Part shown: positions 34,482-36,006 of the stretch, in pieces
How the letters are laid out: each line of letters opens with the position of its first letter
Position numbering within the stretch: the first letter of the stretch is position 1
IMG/VR virus record: IMGVR_UViG_3300009528_000582
Location: 1-36,006 of that record
Origin: a virus
Taxonomy: Duplodnaviria > Caudoviricetes
Strand: one strand, 5' to 3'
DNA: 36,006 nt
Position numbers and translations under genes: made by a program
The notes under the pieces: generated by a model
What the model was told of the DNA's origin: nothing
The model's database searches: none
Seen by the model: only the letters and a program-made list of their open reading frames with translations

Positions 34482-36006
34482 AGAGCTCCCCACGCGCGAG
34501 CTTGAGAACGCTATCCTGATCGATGCGGAAAGGCTTCTCCAAAAACGCCACGCGCCGATTGCCGCCTACCGGGGGGATCCCAAGCGGTTTTTTACCGAAC
34601 GCGGCGCCGTCTTCTTCCCTGAGGCGGCGCGGCTTTTTGATGATTTGTATTCTATGCGGGTAAGCAAGGCCGTGGCCCTCGCGCCTCGAGGTGGAGGCAA
34701 GACGTTCGGGGCAGCCGTGCTGGGAACCGCGCTCTTCCTCTTTAAGGATTTCGACGTGGGGATCGTAGCCGGGTCCGAGACCCAGGCCTTGACCCTTTAT
34801 TCTTACATCACCGACTGGCTCGATCTGCCCGAGGCGGAGGAGTTCGTAACCATCGAGAAGCTTACCAGCACATATCTCGTAAGTGTGCGCGGCAACCGGA
34901 TCGTGGCACGGACGGCGTCCCCTAAGAGCATCCGGGGCCTGCACCTTGGCCGCAAGGTGCGCGGCGCCCTGCTTATTCTCGACGAGGAGGCGGAGGCCGA
35001 AGCGGACGTAGTCCGCGCTGCCCGTTTTATCATCCGCACCGCCGCTCCCCCGCTCATCCTGCGACAGTCTACCTATCACCGGCTCACCGGCACGTTCGCC
35101 GATCTCGTAGAAAACCACGAGGCCCAGGGCTATACCTCCTACAAGTGGGACAGCTTCGACATAGCCAAGCCCTGCCCTTACGAGTGCTCCAACTGTCCTG
35201 AGCCGGAGTTCCGGGATAAGTACTGCAAAGGCAAGGCCAAGCAATCGCAAGGCTGGATACCTATAGACGAGATTTTAACCGAGTGGCGGGACACGAACCG
35301 CGAGACCTTTGAGGTTGAGGTGATGGGCATGCGGCCTGCATCGGCGGGGCTCGTGATTCAGCCGGGTGATCTGGAGCGCGCCGTGGATCTCGGCGAGCGG
35401 GCCTTCCCCGAAGAGTTCGACTACTCCTGGTGCTGCATAGATTGGGGCTTTGCCGGGATGACCGCGGTGGTGATTCTGGGCATGGCCGGAGAGCGAGTTT
35501 TCGTGCGGCATACCGAGATGTTCACGAGGCACGGGATTGACGTGATTGTAGACACCCTCAAGCAGCTGCGCGATCAGCTGGGATTCCGCGAGGTGTATGC
35601 CGATGCGTCTCATCCGTTCGAGAACGACCGCCTGCGGGATGAGGGGTTCGCGGTATGGGGCGAACGGAAGAAGGAAGGCCCTCCCACCCTGGGAGTGCCG
35701 TTCGTGAAATTCAAAGAGGAGGGCGTGGCCATCCTCTCGTATCTGTTTGAGAAAGACCGAATCGGAATCAGGCCTTTGGAGTATGCGCTTCTGCGGCAGT
35801 TCCGCACCTGGCGCAGGGATCAGGCAGGCCATATCGTGAAGAAAGACGACCACTTCCCGGACGCGCTCATCGCCGGAGCACAGAAGCTCAAGCAGGTGGG
35901 GATCGGGACCGGCAGGCATGGCACAAGATACGTGCCTGGCAAGCGCCGGCTGTTCTCGACCGTCGCCCAGGTAGGGCGAAAGATCAGAGAGGCGTTCTTG
36001 AGGTAA
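34462..36006 (+). CDS. terL: Terminase large subunit
   Basis: Walker A APRGGGKT, Walker B LILDEE, IRG.H, nuclease IDWG...YAD...KDDH.PDAL; GTG 34462 with AGGAGG upstream. Confidence 0.92.
   Translation: MAEQSSKELPTRELENAILIDAERLLQKRHAPIAAYRGDPKRFFTERGAVFFPEAARLFDDLYSMRVSKAVALAPRGGGKTFGAAVLGTALFLFKDFDVGIVAGSETQALTLYSYITDWLDLPEAEEFVTIEKLTSTYLVSVRGNRIVARTASPKSIRGLHLGRKVRGALLILDEEAEAEADVVRAARFIIRTAAPPLILRQSTYHRLTGTFADLVENHEAQGYTSYKWDSFDIAKPCPYECSNCPEPEFRDKYCKGKAKQSQGWIPIDEILTEWRDTNRETFEVEVMGMRPASAGLVIQPGDLERAVDLGERAFPEEFDYSWCCIDWGFAGMTAVVILGMAGERVFVRHTEMFTRHGIDVIVDTLKQLRDQLGFREVYADASHPFENDRLRDEGFAVWGERKKEGPPTLGVPFVKFKEEGVAILSYLFEKDRIGIRPLEYALLRQFRTWRRDQAGHIVKKDDHFPDALIAGAQKLKQVGIGTGRHGTRYVPGKRRLFSTVAQVGRKIREAFLR

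Larger units (their letters stand above)
1..36006. mobile_element. Mu-like transposable prophage/phage (contractile tail), internal portion; ends not in window
   Basis: DDE transposase, MuB-like AAA protein, Gam, Mu gp29-like portal, MuF, gpI-like protease, gp36-like and gpG-like proteins, sheath, tube and baseplate genes; no host genes seen. Confidence 0.95.

Noticed and set aside
1-36006. Mu-type ends (TG…CA with transposase sites), invertase/mom, CRISPR array, tRNA, rRNA
   Set aside because: None recognised; the window starts inside a tail gene and stops at the terL stop codon.

Overview
The whole window is the interior of a Mu-like (transposable) prophage or phage with a contractile tail; neither genome end is visible. 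Bases 1-18191 (- strand) hold one late operon running from protease/scaffold through head decoration, lambda-E-type capsid, neck, sheath, tube, tail chaperone, tape measure and baseplate to a tail fibre-like gene that runs off the left edge. A double-HTH/S24 repressor (-) faces a divergent early operon (+): Ner/Cro, Gam, DDE transposase, MuB-like AAA protein, PolX-like nucleotidyltransferase and a double HTH_17 regulator. The early operon runs directly into portal and MuF, followed by a second late unit (spanin-like, endolysin, holin-like, terS, terL). Main observations: (1) a slippery heptamer plus stem-loop that would fuse portal to MuF by -1 frameshifting; (2) a ~61-bp element with a 26-bp identical core, present as an inverted pair before the two late operons; (3) a MuB homolog with both Walker catalytic residues replaced; (4) a shared C-x11-C-x2-C-x14-18-C module in three early proteins; (5) Gam plus a minimal PolX; (6) beta modules shared among head decoration, sheath and tail terminator proteins. 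All family calls come from motif recognition and synteny by eye; no database search was run.
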